A stretch of DNA of 63,592 bases, counting the filler, from Reticulomyxa filosa (Eukaryota; Protista; Foraminifera), in NCBI GenBank assembly GCA_000512085.1. It is 16 parts of 16 records of this genome, joined end to end, with 100 filler letters (N's around TTAATTAATTAA, not from the genome) between each part and the next. Parts side by side here need not be neighbours in the genome. Positions count along the whole stretch, not along the records: positions 1 to 9,356 come from ASPP01010647.1; positions 9,457 to 19,507 come from ASPP01006959.1; 14 more parts are not named here. One strand, 5' to 3'. Shown here in pieces: positions 1 to 13,151 of the stretch (position 1 is the first letter of the stretch; each line of letters begins with the position of its first letter). The notes beneath the pieces were generated by a model. It was not told the origin of the DNA, searched no databases, and was given only the letters and a program-made list of their open reading frames with translations. Made by a program: the position numbers and the translations under genes.

Positions 1-56
1 AAAAAAAAAAAAAGAACTTTTACAATTTCGACTTGTTTGTTTGCTGTTGTGATCAG

Positions 57-571
57 AAAAATCCGGAATAACCCACCGCTTTAGTGAACTCGAAACGTTA
101 GGTTCAAGAAACCCGGTGGAGGACAAATTCCCTGATACAAATTCATTGGCGATAATCTGCTACACGAGCGGTACTACGGGCAATCCAAAAGGGGTGTGCT
201 TGACACATCGCAATGAACTGACCAAACACCACGCGGTAAAAAAGGATTTGGAACAACAGCGAATCCTCCAGGGCGACTCGATCTTGTCATTCATGCCATT
301 AGCGCATGTTTACGGAAGGCATGTTGAATGGATCTGCGCCTTGTTGGGTGTTCAAGTTGGATATTGGCAAGGAGTTTGGTCGTGTTTCACTTTTTTTTTT
401 TTTTTTTCCATTAAATAAATTAATTCTTTTTCTTCCATTCGTACTTTGGTTTTTTTTTTTTTTTTTTTTTTGCAACAACAACATTAATATCTCATATCAT
501 AAAGGACAAGGCAAAATTGTTAGACGATCTCCGAACTTTAAAACCTGCCGTCTTTCCTAGCATCCCGTTTC

Positions 572-602
<31 letters not shown>

Positions 603-2107
603 TTAAATGAAAGAATCTGTGATAGCAATTGTGAAATATATTACAAACCAACAAAATAAAAAGACGAATCTACCAGAAATTTCAAGACGCAGTGTACCAA
701 CAGGTGAACAGTAGCAGTTGGCTGCGACGATGGCTGTTTTACAAAGCGTTCGACGCAAAGTCAAAGGCCATCGATGCCGGGAAAACTCCTTCACCGTTTT
801 GGGATCGATTAGTATTCTCCAAAATCAGACAAGCTTTCGGTGGGCGTATCCGAGTTGCGACAAGTGGATCTGCTCCTTTGTCCGTTGGCACTGCCAAATT
901 CTTGAGAATGTTATGTATACATTGCATTTCAATTTTTATTGCATTTTAATTACTTATGCATATACATATATGTACATATATGTATATGCATGTGTTATGG
1001 CGAAATAAAACAGAGTGTTTGCAGATGAAGTGGTGGAAGGCTACGGACTTACTGAAACCAATGCAGTTGGTACAACGTCTTCACCTTATGATAAAAACAC
1101 CTATGGGCATGTTGGAGCGCTTGGCTCAATTGTTGAAATGAAAATTGTTGATGTCCCTGAAATGCAATACTTGTTTTGTAAAAAAAAAACAAAAATTTGT
1201 GACTATGTTTTTTCTGTTTAATTGTGTAATGTATACACATATATGTTGTTTTTTTTTTTTTTTTTTAATTGGACCATTTGTCGGGGAAGGACAGAACGAC
1301 AGACGAACCAGAACCAAGAGGTGAGATATGGATCAGAGGCGGTACTGTTTTTCAAGGGTATTATAAGAACCCCGAGGCCACGAAGGAAGTGCTGCGAGAA
1401 GATGGCTGGTTTGCGACTGGTGATATTGGAAAATGGAGATTAGATGGCAAATTGCAGCTCATTGATAGAAAAAAAACTTGTTCAAGGTTATTGTTTTTCA
1501 ATGCAAACATATTAGCATCTGTCGTTTTTGTGCGTTATCGCATTCTTTTTTTTTTTTTTTTTTAAAAAAAAAACCCAGTTGGCCCAAGGAGAATATATCC
1601 GTCCAGAGTACATTGAAGGAATTTATAAACGATCTCTTTACGTTGGAAATATTTTCGTGCATGGAAATAGTGATGAAACTTATTTGGTAGCCGTTGTTTA
1701 TCCTGATCCTGAAGTGTTCGCGAAATGGGCAACACAAAATGGATTAGGATCAATCGCAAACGTTTACTTGCATGGCTTTTTACTATTCTTATATTTATGT
1801 ACACATATGTATATATTTTGTTGTTGTGGTTTATGTTCATTGGGAAAATTAGAATTTGGAAGCATTAATTAAAGAACCTGGTGTAAAAAGTGTCATTGAA
1901 AAAGACATGGAAAGGGTTGCCCTAGAGGAATCATTGCAAGGATATGAAAGAGTAAAAAAGTTTATATTGGTGAAGGATGATTTCACTGTGGAAAATGGAT
2001 TATTAACGAGTTCTATGAAACTCAAGCGACATGTTGCCAAAAAAAAGTTTGCTGAAGAAATTAAAAAGATGTACTCAGAACCGATCTTAATAAAAGCCAA
2101 ATTGTAA
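57..2107 (+). CDS. Long-chain acyl-CoA synthetase (ACSL/LACS family), 5'-partial, multi-exon
   Basis: AMP-binding motif [13 protein letters not shown], plus [30 protein letters not shown] and [17 protein letters not shown] introns at 374-506, 567-663, 910-1013, 1173-1294, 1487-1578 and 1762-1852 join the exons in frame. One A-run frameshift near 1470. Confidence 0.95.
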
Positions 2108-3045
2108 AGACTATAATGTTGAGTAACATACATATTAATTTTTTTTTTAATTTGTTGGGATTAACAAGTAGGACAATCACCTGTTGTTTATCAAACTTTA
2201 AATAAAGTACTTTTTTTTTTTGAAAATAACTTTTTGTACATACGCCCATGATAGAATGTTTGGATCTTTAAATCATCACCAACATTTAACTGCAACTTGG
2301 GCGATGTTTTTGCATACAAATTCTTTTGAAATAAAATCACACATGTCACATAAACATTAATCGAAGTATATTTGATTTATTGCAAATTCAAAGGCGGACT
2401 GTTGAATTTCCAAAAATAATTATTCTTTCGAAATTCTGGGTACGTGCTACACAAACGAAACAAATATAACTTTTCGATACTAATTAGCAATTCAAACGAT
2501 CTGAAGCATATTTCAGTCTTGTCATAACTGCTGCTTTCACAGCTAATTTAGTTTTGACCACAATTCCATTTTTATTTAACGAATGAACTGTACAGTTTGG
2601 GCTTGTATTCAATCAAATTTAGCAGCTCGGGAGGAACCTTTGACTCCTTTTAATTATAACTTCTGCCTTTTTATTGATTTTTCCATTTGTTTTACGTCGT
2701 ATTGTTAGTACTCAGTTTCCTTCGTTTTTTTTAAAATCCTCAAAACAAATTCGTATTATACTTAACTTGCAAACGCACAGCCACTGCGTAACTTGAAGTT
2801 TGTGGTCAAGAGAAAACATAGTTTAAATAAAACAAACAAAGTATAAAAGACCTTGAATAAAAACTTTTAATTTTTCTATTTCAGCGCGTTTTTATTGAAT
2901 TAAGTGCGCCACATTGTAGTGGGACGGTTCGAAAGGCTTGACTGCCGAGTGCGTAAAAAAAAACTTGGTGAGTTCCCACGAAAGAAGTTGCGAAACACCA
3001 GAAATAAAAGCAAGTTTGAAACGTTCGTTGTAAAAATAGATAAAA

Positions 3046-5114
3046 ATGAAAACTACCTTTCTTGACACAAAAGATGCAGTTAATTTTTTTCTGGCAGTGC
3101 TCGTTTTGAGAGCAGGGATAATTGCTCCAGTCCTGTGCTACAAGTTGTACAACTTTTGGAAGTATCAACAGTTGGAGTTTATTTACCGAAGGAGGCCCCT
3201 GGTGACAATTATGTTGGCTGCGTTTTCCATTTTTGAAATTGGTATGTAACTTTAGCCTTTGGTTGGGAGAAAAAAAAAATGCGAAGAGTGTATCCATAGA
3301 TCGACCTAAAAAAAAAAAAAAGCTGTGCTTCCGTTATGCCGTTACCAGGCGATGTTTGTCACCGAACCTGTGACCAAAAAAATATTTGATTGGATGACAT
3401 TTTTGGTTTTGCTTCACGAGACGTTATTACTCCCTCGTTTTTGGTTTTTGTACTACGACTGGCAATTGGGGAAGGATCTAAGTAATCTGGAATGGAAGCA
3501 ACAGCTGTATTTGGGCCAATTGAGAATACAAGAAGCAAGCGAAGATGATGTGACCAAAAGTGAAACAATGTCCAGATCGGAACTTAGTCCAAATGCCAGT
3601 GATGATGCCATAGTTAATAGAAATGCCAGTATCAACGATGGTAATGATGAAGGTAATATCAAATCTGGTGTTGATCTTGACATACCTGTGCCAACCTCAC
3701 CGTTACCAGAGATAGAGATTACGAACATAGAAATGACAACAGAAGCAGCGGCAGCGGTACCATCACAACCATCACTGGTAGTAGGTGTGCCTGGATTGTC
3801 GTTGAATACGTATACTTATTCAAATACTGCAAGGGTAGTTACAATAACTCGTGACAGTGAAAGCGATAAATTGCGATGGACATTGCGCTATCGAAAATAC
3901 TTAGGGAATACTCGCATCATGCTTGTCGTGTTTTCATTCTATTACGCAATTTTTTTGGGGTTAATTGCGGTGATGCGCTTCTATGTCGGCTATCAAGACG
4001 CTGCCACGATCTGCGTTGGCTACTCGGTGTGTACGGGAATTCTCATATTGATGTGTGGGTTCAAAATTATAAAATGCCGAGATTTGTTTGAAATTCAAAG
4101 TTTGTTATCTTTAATGTGTATTTATAAAAAAAATAAAAATAAAAATTTGGTTGAAGAGGGGAGGGGAAGACGAGGAAAGGGAGTAGGCGCGGAGAACATT
4201 ACTTTTTTTTTATACATCCAAAAAAAAAAAAAAAAGGAGAACTGCAAATGGTATCAATGAATGTGACGATTTGGATGGGACCGTTATTATTAGCCTTGCT
4301 CCTATTTCCATTCGGTACATACGAACGGCAGCTGTTTTTAATGGTGTTTTTTGGTTGCATGCACGGGATAAGCACGATGATAGTGTTGCGTCCCAAAGAC
4401 TTGTACTACTCAGTCTTGGACACTCTGAATGGCCAAGGGAATTGCTTTCGTGTACGTAGAAGATACCGACAGGAATACAATACCTTTCGAACCCATTCTT
4501 CGTTGGATGCGCGAACGATTGCGTCAATGAAGCCGGCAGTGCAGTCGACCGATAACAGCATCAGAAGAAATGCCATTGAATTAAGTTGTCAAATTTCGCT
4601 GGAGAAGATCTTGTCTGATAAATATGGCTTTGAGTTATTTGCGGCACATTTGGTGAAAGAGCTGTCGCTGGAAAACATTTTGTTCTTGACGGAGTATATG
4701 CAGTTAAAACACTTCATTGTAGTTCATCAATTGCAAAAGTATGTTACTGATATTGGCTGTCTGCTCCCCATTTGTCCGAATTTAATCCAAAAAAATTTTC
4801 ATCCACGTTTATTGCAAACTACCCTGTCGGCGCCAACGATTTGGTTCATTTGCTTGAATATGTTTCATTATCTTTATGGACATTACGTTATGTCTGGTTC
4901 GGTTGCGCTTTTGAATCTTTCGTTTGAAACAAGCTCCAATATTACTCGACAAATGACTGAGTTGAGGCGGACCTCTTCCGTCAAATCCTTGCAGCCTCTA
5001 ATCACTGCTTTTGATATCGCTGCTAGTGATATTATTCGATTACTTCGAGGTGATTCTTTCTATCGCTTTCAGCTCTCTCGTGAATGCATTCGATATTGCG
5101 AAGAGTTAGTGTAA
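3046..5114 (+). CDS. 7TM-RGS protein (seven hydrophobic segments fused to a C-terminal RGS domain)
   Basis: Exons 3046-3241, 3324-4099 and 4237-5114 splice in frame. Seven hydrophobic stretches are followed by RGS signatures ISLEKILSDKYGFELFAAHLVKELSLENILFLTEY and AFDIAASDIIRLLRGDSFYRFQLS. Confidence 0.85.
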
Positions 5115-6339
5115 AAAAAAACTAATATTACTTTTTATTTTTTCGTTCTTTTCTTACTCTCGGTTATGAAAGAGATTTTTTCTTGGTAGCGTTAGTATAT
5201 TAGGTGAACAATTCGTTTTATGGTCACTATTGTGTAGATGTAATTGTTAGTAATCATCAGGTGGATTTTTTTAGTCTTACCCACTTTAGCCTGCTCTTTA
5301 TACCAAAACGAAATTGTTATGTACGATGTGAATGATTTGTTTTTTTTATTAAGAAAATGAGGCGCTTGTGAAGTGATGCCTTTTTTGAAGTTTGGCAAAT
5401 TGACGTGATACAGTTTTTTGTTGCTAAAATATTCAAGAAAAGATATATTTCAGACAGAATATTTGAACAAATTATCGGTAATAGGCTTATTGAGGGGTAT
5501 AGGAAGAGCATAAAGAACAAAAAAATGAAAGAGTAAATTTGAGATTGACAGTTAAATTTTTATGGTAGAATAACTCCGAATAGGATGTACAAAAAACCAC
5601 AAACTTACGTATAAAATTTTTGATTATCAAATTATTCACGGTCAATCCACGAAAAGAGGACAGTTGATGAAATATAATCCCAAAAAACCAACCACTTGAA
5701 AATAAATGTGGTTTTTGTAGTATTTTCATTACTATGACAGAGTAGCCCACTACATTTGACATAAATTTGTTGCTCATATGCAATAATTTTAGCATTAAAA
5801 ACTCGTCGTGAAGATTGCTTGGATAAAATTTTTTTTAGCATACATCCAAAACGATTTATTTTTTAAAATTAATGAACTAAGACAATTTTTTGGTTATTTT
5901 TTGATGATCCAGCGACAAATAGAAGTTACACTATTTCTTTTTGCCATTTTTTGAATGTATTAACATTTTTAGTACAATCATAGTCGCTTTTCAGAAGGAC
6001 ATCATTTTTTGGCACAGGATAAATATGCAAATTTTAATCGTATAAATACAAAAAATAGATACGTTTTTGTCAAACGATAACTGACAATAACAATTCAAAT
6101 CAACAAAAATTCATTTTTGTTGTTTTATTGAAACAGTTGGAAGCAGTTACAAAAACAAAGATGGTTTATCTTGTTACCAAGAAACATAACTTCAAGTTTT
6201 TCCACGCTTATTTGGACGAGAAAACCCTTTCTTGTCTTAACCGTGCGAAGGACTGCGTTAAGTTCACTTGGACTCTCCCTTTTAGTTTTAGTCGTAAAAA
6301 TCCTTTCAACGCTTTTAATTTTTTTCTTCAAAAAAAAAA

Positions 6340-7043
6340 ACCAAGTAAATCAATGACCTGCAAAAGTGGCCACACTTCTCTGTTTGAATTTTTGAGATCG
6401 TTACCAAATGAGATCTCTCTTAGTCAGTGCGTAGTGCACAACTACGAACTGCTAATTTGTGGAGGAGGGAAGAAAAATGATGTTACACTTACCACACAAC
6501 ACAAAACCAGTACAAGCGTATTTGTTCTTATCCAAAAGATGTGAGCTTGTGGGGTCACAGTGTGGCATATCAATGAATAAAAAGCGAAAATCTGAAATGT
6601 TGTTATTTTGTCAAAACACGGGCTTATCTATTGAATTTGATGAACAAATCAATTGTTTTGCATTCCATCGTTTATCTGTGGCAAAAGATATTGAATTGTT
6701 CAACAATTATGCTTATGTGTGTTTCAATGGTATTGCTTTATTTTTCAGTGGCTGGGATGATATCTCCAAAAAGGCCACTGACGCTGTGCACAAGTATTCA
6801 ATTGCGGGTGATACACAGATTACACTCAAACACAAATTGCCTTTTCCATTGTATGGCTGCGTTGCAGTCATGGATCCAGACAACAGGTGCATCCATCTAA
6901 TCGGAAGAATCAATGCAAAGAAGAAGAAGAAGGCGATCTCCAAATATATGAAGGTATTTGCAAACGAATTTATTGAGAGTGAAAAAAATTGTGAGATCAC
7001 CAATTGTAAAGATGACAGGAAGAGAACGAGAAGGAGTTGCTGA
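6340..7043 (+). pseudogene. Decayed kelch-like beta-propeller gene
   Basis: Fragments QCVVHNYELLICGG, YAYVCFNGIALFFSGW and LPFPLYGCVAV..IHLIG lie in different frames with stops. Confidence 0.6.
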
Positions 7044-8154
7044 GAATGCTGAAGGAGCTGGAGAAAAAGAAAGAGAAGAAAATGAAAAAGAAGATATTGC
7101 CAAGGAAAAAGAAAAAAAAAAAAAAGAAATGGTTGACATGAATGGAGAAAACAAATTTAATATCATTGAAGTATTTGAACGACAGTTACGATTGAACTTT
7201 GGATTGTGATTACAAACAAAAGGCAAATGGAAGGCAAGTATTACATCGGATGATGTTGATACAATTTATTTGACTATTGATAGTTATTTGATGTTTCAAT
7301 CTTTGGGCTATGTCAGTTTCTACTTTCAAACAAAACTAACCAAAAAAAAAAAAGAAAGAAACAAGATAATACGATTAAGCAAATGAAACATATCTATTGG
7401 AATTTGGGGGAAAATTAAAAAAAGTAGAAGCTGAAGAAGATCCGTTTTTTTTCCCAATGTATGTAATACATGTTTTCTTTAGCCCATTTCAAAATTATAA
7501 CAAATTTTTGAGGGAAAAAAAAAAGATCATAGCCAATTTGATAATTGATGGCAAGAAAGTTTTGATGAAAATGAAAGAGTTGACATTTGGAGAATTACTG
7601 CGCCAATGCTGTTTTTATTTTGAAAACAAAGATAATGAAGACTTAGTAAAACTGAAACTGAAACTGCAGGTTAGGACTGTGAATGGGTAGGTGGCTGGCA
7701 CAAATGAAGATGTTTTGAAGGCATTTGAACAAGATGAACGTTCATTCAGAGTATCTTGGATGTTTTAGTCGGTAGTGTAGTTTCAAAAAAACAAAAAAAT
7801 CCTAAAATGTGTTTTATGAGTATTATTACCTTTGTTTGTAATGGCTATGATGTTTTTTCGGAAGTCAATACTAGATTTATATTATATATTTTAAGACTTT
7901 AAATTGGGCTAACTAATTTCTTTCTTGTACAAAATATTTGGCAATAAGAATTGCGGTCAAATATTGGTAATTTTCAAAAGGATCAATTTAGCTTATTGAT
8001 TTAAACAGCACTAAATCGTGCAAATTTGAACCGGCTACGTGCATACAAACTTTCAGTCAGATTGAAAGAAAGAAGAGAAAAACAAAACCAAAAGAAAAAA
8101 AAATACACTACACAAATTGTAAACAGTGTCGTATGTATTTATGAACGGTATCAG

Positions 8155-9356
8155 TTAGATGGAAGAGGCCACAGCGTTCAATAATAGAGCACCCTCACCA
8201 GTAGTAGTAGTCGCAGTGTTATTTACAGCACTGTTCACAGAATTGGTTGTGTCAGCAGCGGTAGTGGTAGCAACAGTATCCGGCAACTTGGCAGTTTTTT
8301 TTGCCGACTTTTTTTGCATTTTTTTTGGAATTGAGTGCATGGAAATTTGAATAATTTCTTGGGAAGCTATCCATTCGACCTGTCTCTTTCTGTGACGCCA
8401 ATACCAAAAGTAAAACACAGCCACAATACAAAGGACACTAATGATAGTGATAAGAACTCCAATAAGCGCTGTTTTCTTTTTGTGCTTGCCCGTCTGTTCC
8501 TGGGCCTGCGAGGGGGCCAAATAAAGGTCTACTCTCAAAACCGATGCTATATACAATATGTACATGCACAATTCTCATATGCACGCATACGTATACCTAC
8601 ACACTTAGATGTAGTAAAACATGCAAGCAGTAAATAAAAAAGCTGGTCATTTCAAAATACGTATACATATACATACATATTTTTTTGAAACAAATGAACA
8701 AAAAAAAAAAACCTGAGTGGTTTGTGCTAGTCGAAATTTCGTTTTCATATGATTGCTCTTCACATTGATTGAGGATGGTGTATCCCAAGGTTTGGTCGTT
8801 GAAAGAGACAACAACAGTGGTGTTTGCTAGCCATTTGGTGATTTGGACATTGCTGTCGATGCTCGTTCTATCTTCTTTCAAATACTGCTCAGTGGTAATG
8901 ACGCACTTGTCCAAAACGCTACTAACATTATGTGATGAGGCCGTTATATTCATCACGATTGCCACGTATCCAGCTATACTGCCCCTTAACGGCGTCATTG
9001 TGGCTTTTTTTTTTTTGGTTATTTGTTTATTAAATTACTGTCCTAGTTTTTTTTTTTTTTTTTTTTTAAACTTGGAGATGAAACAAGAGCTTGGGTTGGT
9101 CGTCCAGTAGATGGTTTTGTTGTTGATATGTTGATGAGTACAGATGAAGAGGATAGATGTGGCGTTGGAAATTGGGTCGGATAACGAGTTAGAAATGGGG
9201 CATGCGTTGGAGATTGGATTGGAAATGGGGCATAGGTTGGAGATTGGATTGGAAATGGAGCATGGGTTAGAGATTGAGTTGGAGATTGGGTTGGAGCATG
9301 GGTTAGAGATTGAGTTGGAGATTGGGTTGGAGCATGGGTTGGATATTGAGTTGGAG
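8155..9356 (-). CDS. Type I membrane protein with a Pro/Thr (PTxxPT) mucin-like stalk, 5'-partial
   Basis: Minus strand of 9160-9356 reads PTQSPTHAPTQS-type repeats. Downstream exons (8597-8998, 8155-8571) give a single TM segment (ALIGVLITIISVLCIVAVFYFWYW) followed by RHRKR. Confidence 0.7.
9160..9356. repeat. Imperfect 12-bp-unit coding tandem repeat (GAGATTGGGTTG / GAGCATGGGTTG variants)
   Basis: Directly visible; the contig ends inside the array. Confidence 0.85.
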
Positions 9357-9456
9357 NNNNNNNNNNNNNNNNNNNNNNNNNNNNNNNNNNNNNNNNNNNN
9401 TTAATTAATTAANNNNNNNNNNNNNNNNNNNNNNNNNNNNNNNNNNNNNNNNNNNN
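9357..9456. other. Artificial contig linker N44-TTAATTAATTAA-N44 (first of 15)
   Basis: Identical 100-nt linkers also start at 19508, 27844, 29075, 33968, 35398, 36647, 39125, 44279, 45521, 47290, 48953, 50643, 60396 and 62276. The core gives stops in all six frames. Confidence 0.99.
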
Positions 9457-9491
<35 letters not shown>

Positions 9492-9531
9492 AAAATAAAT
9501 AAATAAATATATATATATATATATATAAAAG

Positions 9532-12500
9532 AGAGGCAGAAACAAATTCGAAATTACGAGAAATAAACATCTCTGTATTCACATTGCTGGCATTATATAT
9601 GCAACAAAACATTTTGGAAAACAAAGATGACGAAGAACTCAATTTGAAAGACGAAGTTGACTTGGACAAGTACGCGATGCCGGTGTGGTCGAAAATTGAT
9701 GCCCATTTCAGAACAGCCTACGTTGGGGTATGTTTCTCATATATTTACTCTTTTTTTTTTTTTGTTTTGCAAACGCAGTCGATCGACTTGTATGCATTGT
9801 GCATCACAAAAGATCTTTGATGTCGTTACTCACATTGGATCCGCATTGCAAGGACGCTTGACGCTAGAAGAACCCTCTGTTCATCACGCTCTGGGCGATT
9901 TTTGCCAAGCTTTGATCGACCTGTTCGTCCCGACACAGGCTGCAACGCTGGCTCGGGTCTTTACTCTCTGCTTGGACATTGGAGACCCCTCGCATCAATT
10001 GGGGTGCATCACTGCGCTTCGAATGTTTTTGCCACGATTAATTCGACAATGTAAAGAAATGAATGTCTTTGATGAAGTCATCACAGTTATTTTCATCATT
10101 CTAATTGATTGTCCATTTAATTAATATATACATATATATATATATATGTATATATAATGCATTTGTATATACTTATTTTTTTTTTTATTTTTTTTTTTTG
10201 GATGAGTTTGGGTGTAGTGTTTTAACAGTACATTTGCTCGATGCATGGATCTAACATCCTCCAGTAATGATCACGTGTCTCGCGAAGCACATGACTTTGT
10301 GCAGTTTTTGGCTGGCTATCACTGCCAATTGACAGAACACAAGTCGCAACTTATGGTTTGCTTTTTTTTTTTTTTTTTTTTTATTTCATTGCTGTGACTT
10401 GTCACACAGCTTCACATCACACCATACCACTCAAGGAAAACTACGTGTATCCAGTGTTCAAAAAAGAAGAGCCTTTGTTCGAAGATGGGATAAATGCGAC
10501 GGTGTCAGGGCTGTCACGTATCCTCGAAAGCGTAAATACAATCACTGCTCAACACCAAGATGACCACAAAATCGACCCTCGAGTTTTGCTACACACATAC
10601 ACACATATACATATACATATACATATATGTGTATATGTATACATATGCAATACTGATGAACACAAAAGCACATTCCGACACAATACAAAAGTTGAGTCGT
10701 TTGCTGAAAATGGAGCCAAAAGACGCATTTGGCTCGATGCGACAACACAAGCATCTGCCAAGTGATCAAAGCCAAAGTCCGCTGTCGCAAATCCCAGAGG
10801 ACCAGCGAGAGCTTTCCAACGAGCAGTCCTCGAAACGACTTTTGGACCAACCGCAAAGAAGCAGTTTCCTTGACATCGTCGAGAGCGACGAAAGGACCAG
10901 TGTCATTATGGTGCAAACGGACGTGGTCAAAACCAATGTCAAAGCCCAAAAATCCTTTGTCGAAAAGAAAAAGTACCAAAGTTACAAACAAACAAACAAA
11001 CAAATAAACAAATAAACAAAGCAAACTCATATACCAAATACAAATTATTACAAAAAAAAAAAAAAAGAGGAAGTAATGCGAAAAATCGCAGAAGTGGGTG
11101 GAATATCCAACCCGAATGGGACGCAACCAACGGTATTCACTTTGGGTAGTGCTCAGCTGCAAAAACGCAAAGAAGAAGAAGAAGAAGAAAAGGAAGAAAC
11201 GAAAGAATCAATTGAGGAGGACGAACTGGACAAAATCGATGGAGACAAGACGGATCTACACGAGAAAGAGGCTTCGCCATCGCCGTCTCCATTGCTGCAT
11301 GACCACGACAACAACCAAACGATGGGTTCGATTATCAAGATCGCGTCACGCAATGGACAGGGCTTGTTCACAGCGGCGGGCATCATGCCCAGCGCCAATC
11401 GGCAGCTGCAGCTGCAGCAGCAATTAGGCATCACAATCAACGAACAAACAACAACAGCAACGTCGAGTATACGTCCTGCTCCATTCAGACCATCGCAGCA
11501 CAATTTGACAATAATCGAAGAGAAAGAGTCTCTGGGCTCGTCTTCGCACGAAGACAATAAGATTGTTCCAGTGTCGTCCGCATCGATTGCACATGACAAC
11601 GACGACAATGGAAATGAAAGTGATAATGGCAATGACAATAAAAATGACAATGGGAATGATAGCGATAATGACAATGGCAATGGCAATGGCAATGGGAATG
11701 AAGGGGAGGACGTCAAGCAATCGCGCACAAGTGTGACCAATAAAGAAAAAGAAGAAGAAGAAGAAGAAGAGAAGGAGGAGGACAGCAAAGAACACGATGT
11801 CGAAATGACAACGAGTGACAAGAAAACAAACAAAATCGCTCCGCTGTCGATTCGACAGACTTTGGATCCCACGCCTGTGAGCATTTCCACAAACTATTCC
11901 CCTTTCCCAGATGTAGACTCGCGAGAACGCCCCACGCCACTTAGTCATAATATCGATGCAGATGCTCCCCTGGACATGGATGCGAGTCTGCCCATTGGCA
12001 ACTTGTCCACGTTTTTAGAGGATACCACTTTGTTGCGAGTGTTTTTGAAATTTTTGAAAAAAAAGTTTCGACTTACACTTTTTTTTAACGACTAAAAAAA
12101 GAGGGAGATTGTCAAAAACATTTCACTTTTGATAATGTCTTAGGAAACCCGCTGATTTCAAATTGCTCGAGTTTTATTTGATGGCGGGACAGTTCAAAGA
12201 TTTCATACAAGACCCCAATTGCAATGCCAAAACCCAAAGAGAAAATGCCAAATTGATTATCGAAACATTTTTTTTAGTATGTTTGTTTTCTACCGTAATT
12301 GCAAAGAACAAAGTACAATAATCATCAACATATATACACACACATACATGCACATACATATACATATATATATTAGTCTGAAAGCCCAAAGTTTTTGGAG
12401 CTACAACCCAACACGAGACACGAAGCCATGAAACACTTTGTATCGACGAAAAAAAATGAGATGCTGTCCCAAGATTTATTTGACAAAGCAAGACAAGAAA

Positions 12501-12595
12501 TCAAAGCAGACTTAATTTCTCGTGTTTTCCCAGAGTTTATGACTTCTGATGGCTACAAGCGCCTTGTTGAAGGAGGCAAGATTCAAGTGCCTTGA
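9532..12595 (+). CDS. 3' part of a large helical-repeat protein (possibly a Furry/MOR2-PAG1-like C-terminus) with a low-complexity linker and C-terminal RGS domain
   Basis: Spliced exons. RGS-like motifs LSTFLEDTTLLRVFLKFL, LLEFYLMAGQFKD, ENAKLIIETF and LFDKARQEIKADLISRVFPEFMTSDGY. The upstream segment DFCQALIDLFVP..LCLDIGD..ITALRMFL..SREAHDFVQFL resembles MOR2-PAG1_C (weaker call). Confidence 0.65.
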
Positions 12596-13151
12596 GTCAA
12601 CATTTATGTACACGGAAACTTCCCCTTGCTCAAAAAAAAAAAATATTTTGCACACTTTCGCACCTTTGTTAAAATCCCGCTTAGCTTTGTTATGTTTGTT
12701 TTTTGTGTCTTTTTTTCCTTCTTGTGGATGATGATGTCCAGAACTATCGACTGTATCTCCTTTCCAAACTTTTTTTTTCTTGTTGGTTTTGAGGGTGTAA
12801 AATATATCCCATCAAAAAAGAAAAGCCTTAAATAAAACAATTTGACTTTGTCTATGACAGGTAAACTTCCTAAAATTTGCCATTTTCATCAAAGTTTCTG
12901 GTTGCACATGAGAAACAGACCGTTTGTTACTTAAACCAACAAATATAATAACAAAAAAAAGACCCTCTTGATAAATGATGCAGAACTTTGGACAATAATT
13001 GCCAAATAGCAATTATTTTGCTCGGTGACAGTCAAATTTATTCAAATGGCACGAAAAAGCTTTAGTATCCCTGCAAACAAAAGAGACCAATTGGGACAAG
13101 TAAGTTGACACGAACAACGAGAATCGAGCAGATACTACTTTGGAAAAAAAA

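Noticed and set aside
1465-1480. Frameshifts in conserved genes (also about 23815-23890, 32085, 47040, 55375, 60242) suggesting programmed frameshifting or RNA editing
   Set aside because: All lie in homopolymer runs and are repaired by changing run length, which is typical of pyrosequencing error. The A6G at 32085 is not in the X XXY YYZ register.
9144-9404. ORF with LEIGLE repeats; possible CRISPR-like array
   Set aside because: Antisense of a Pro/Thr coding repeat; tandem units with no unique spacers and no cas genes.
9357-9456. TTAATTAATTAA flanked by Ns, recurring 15 times like a repeat array
   Set aside because: Artificial six-frame-stop linker. Adjacency across linkers carries no biological synteny.
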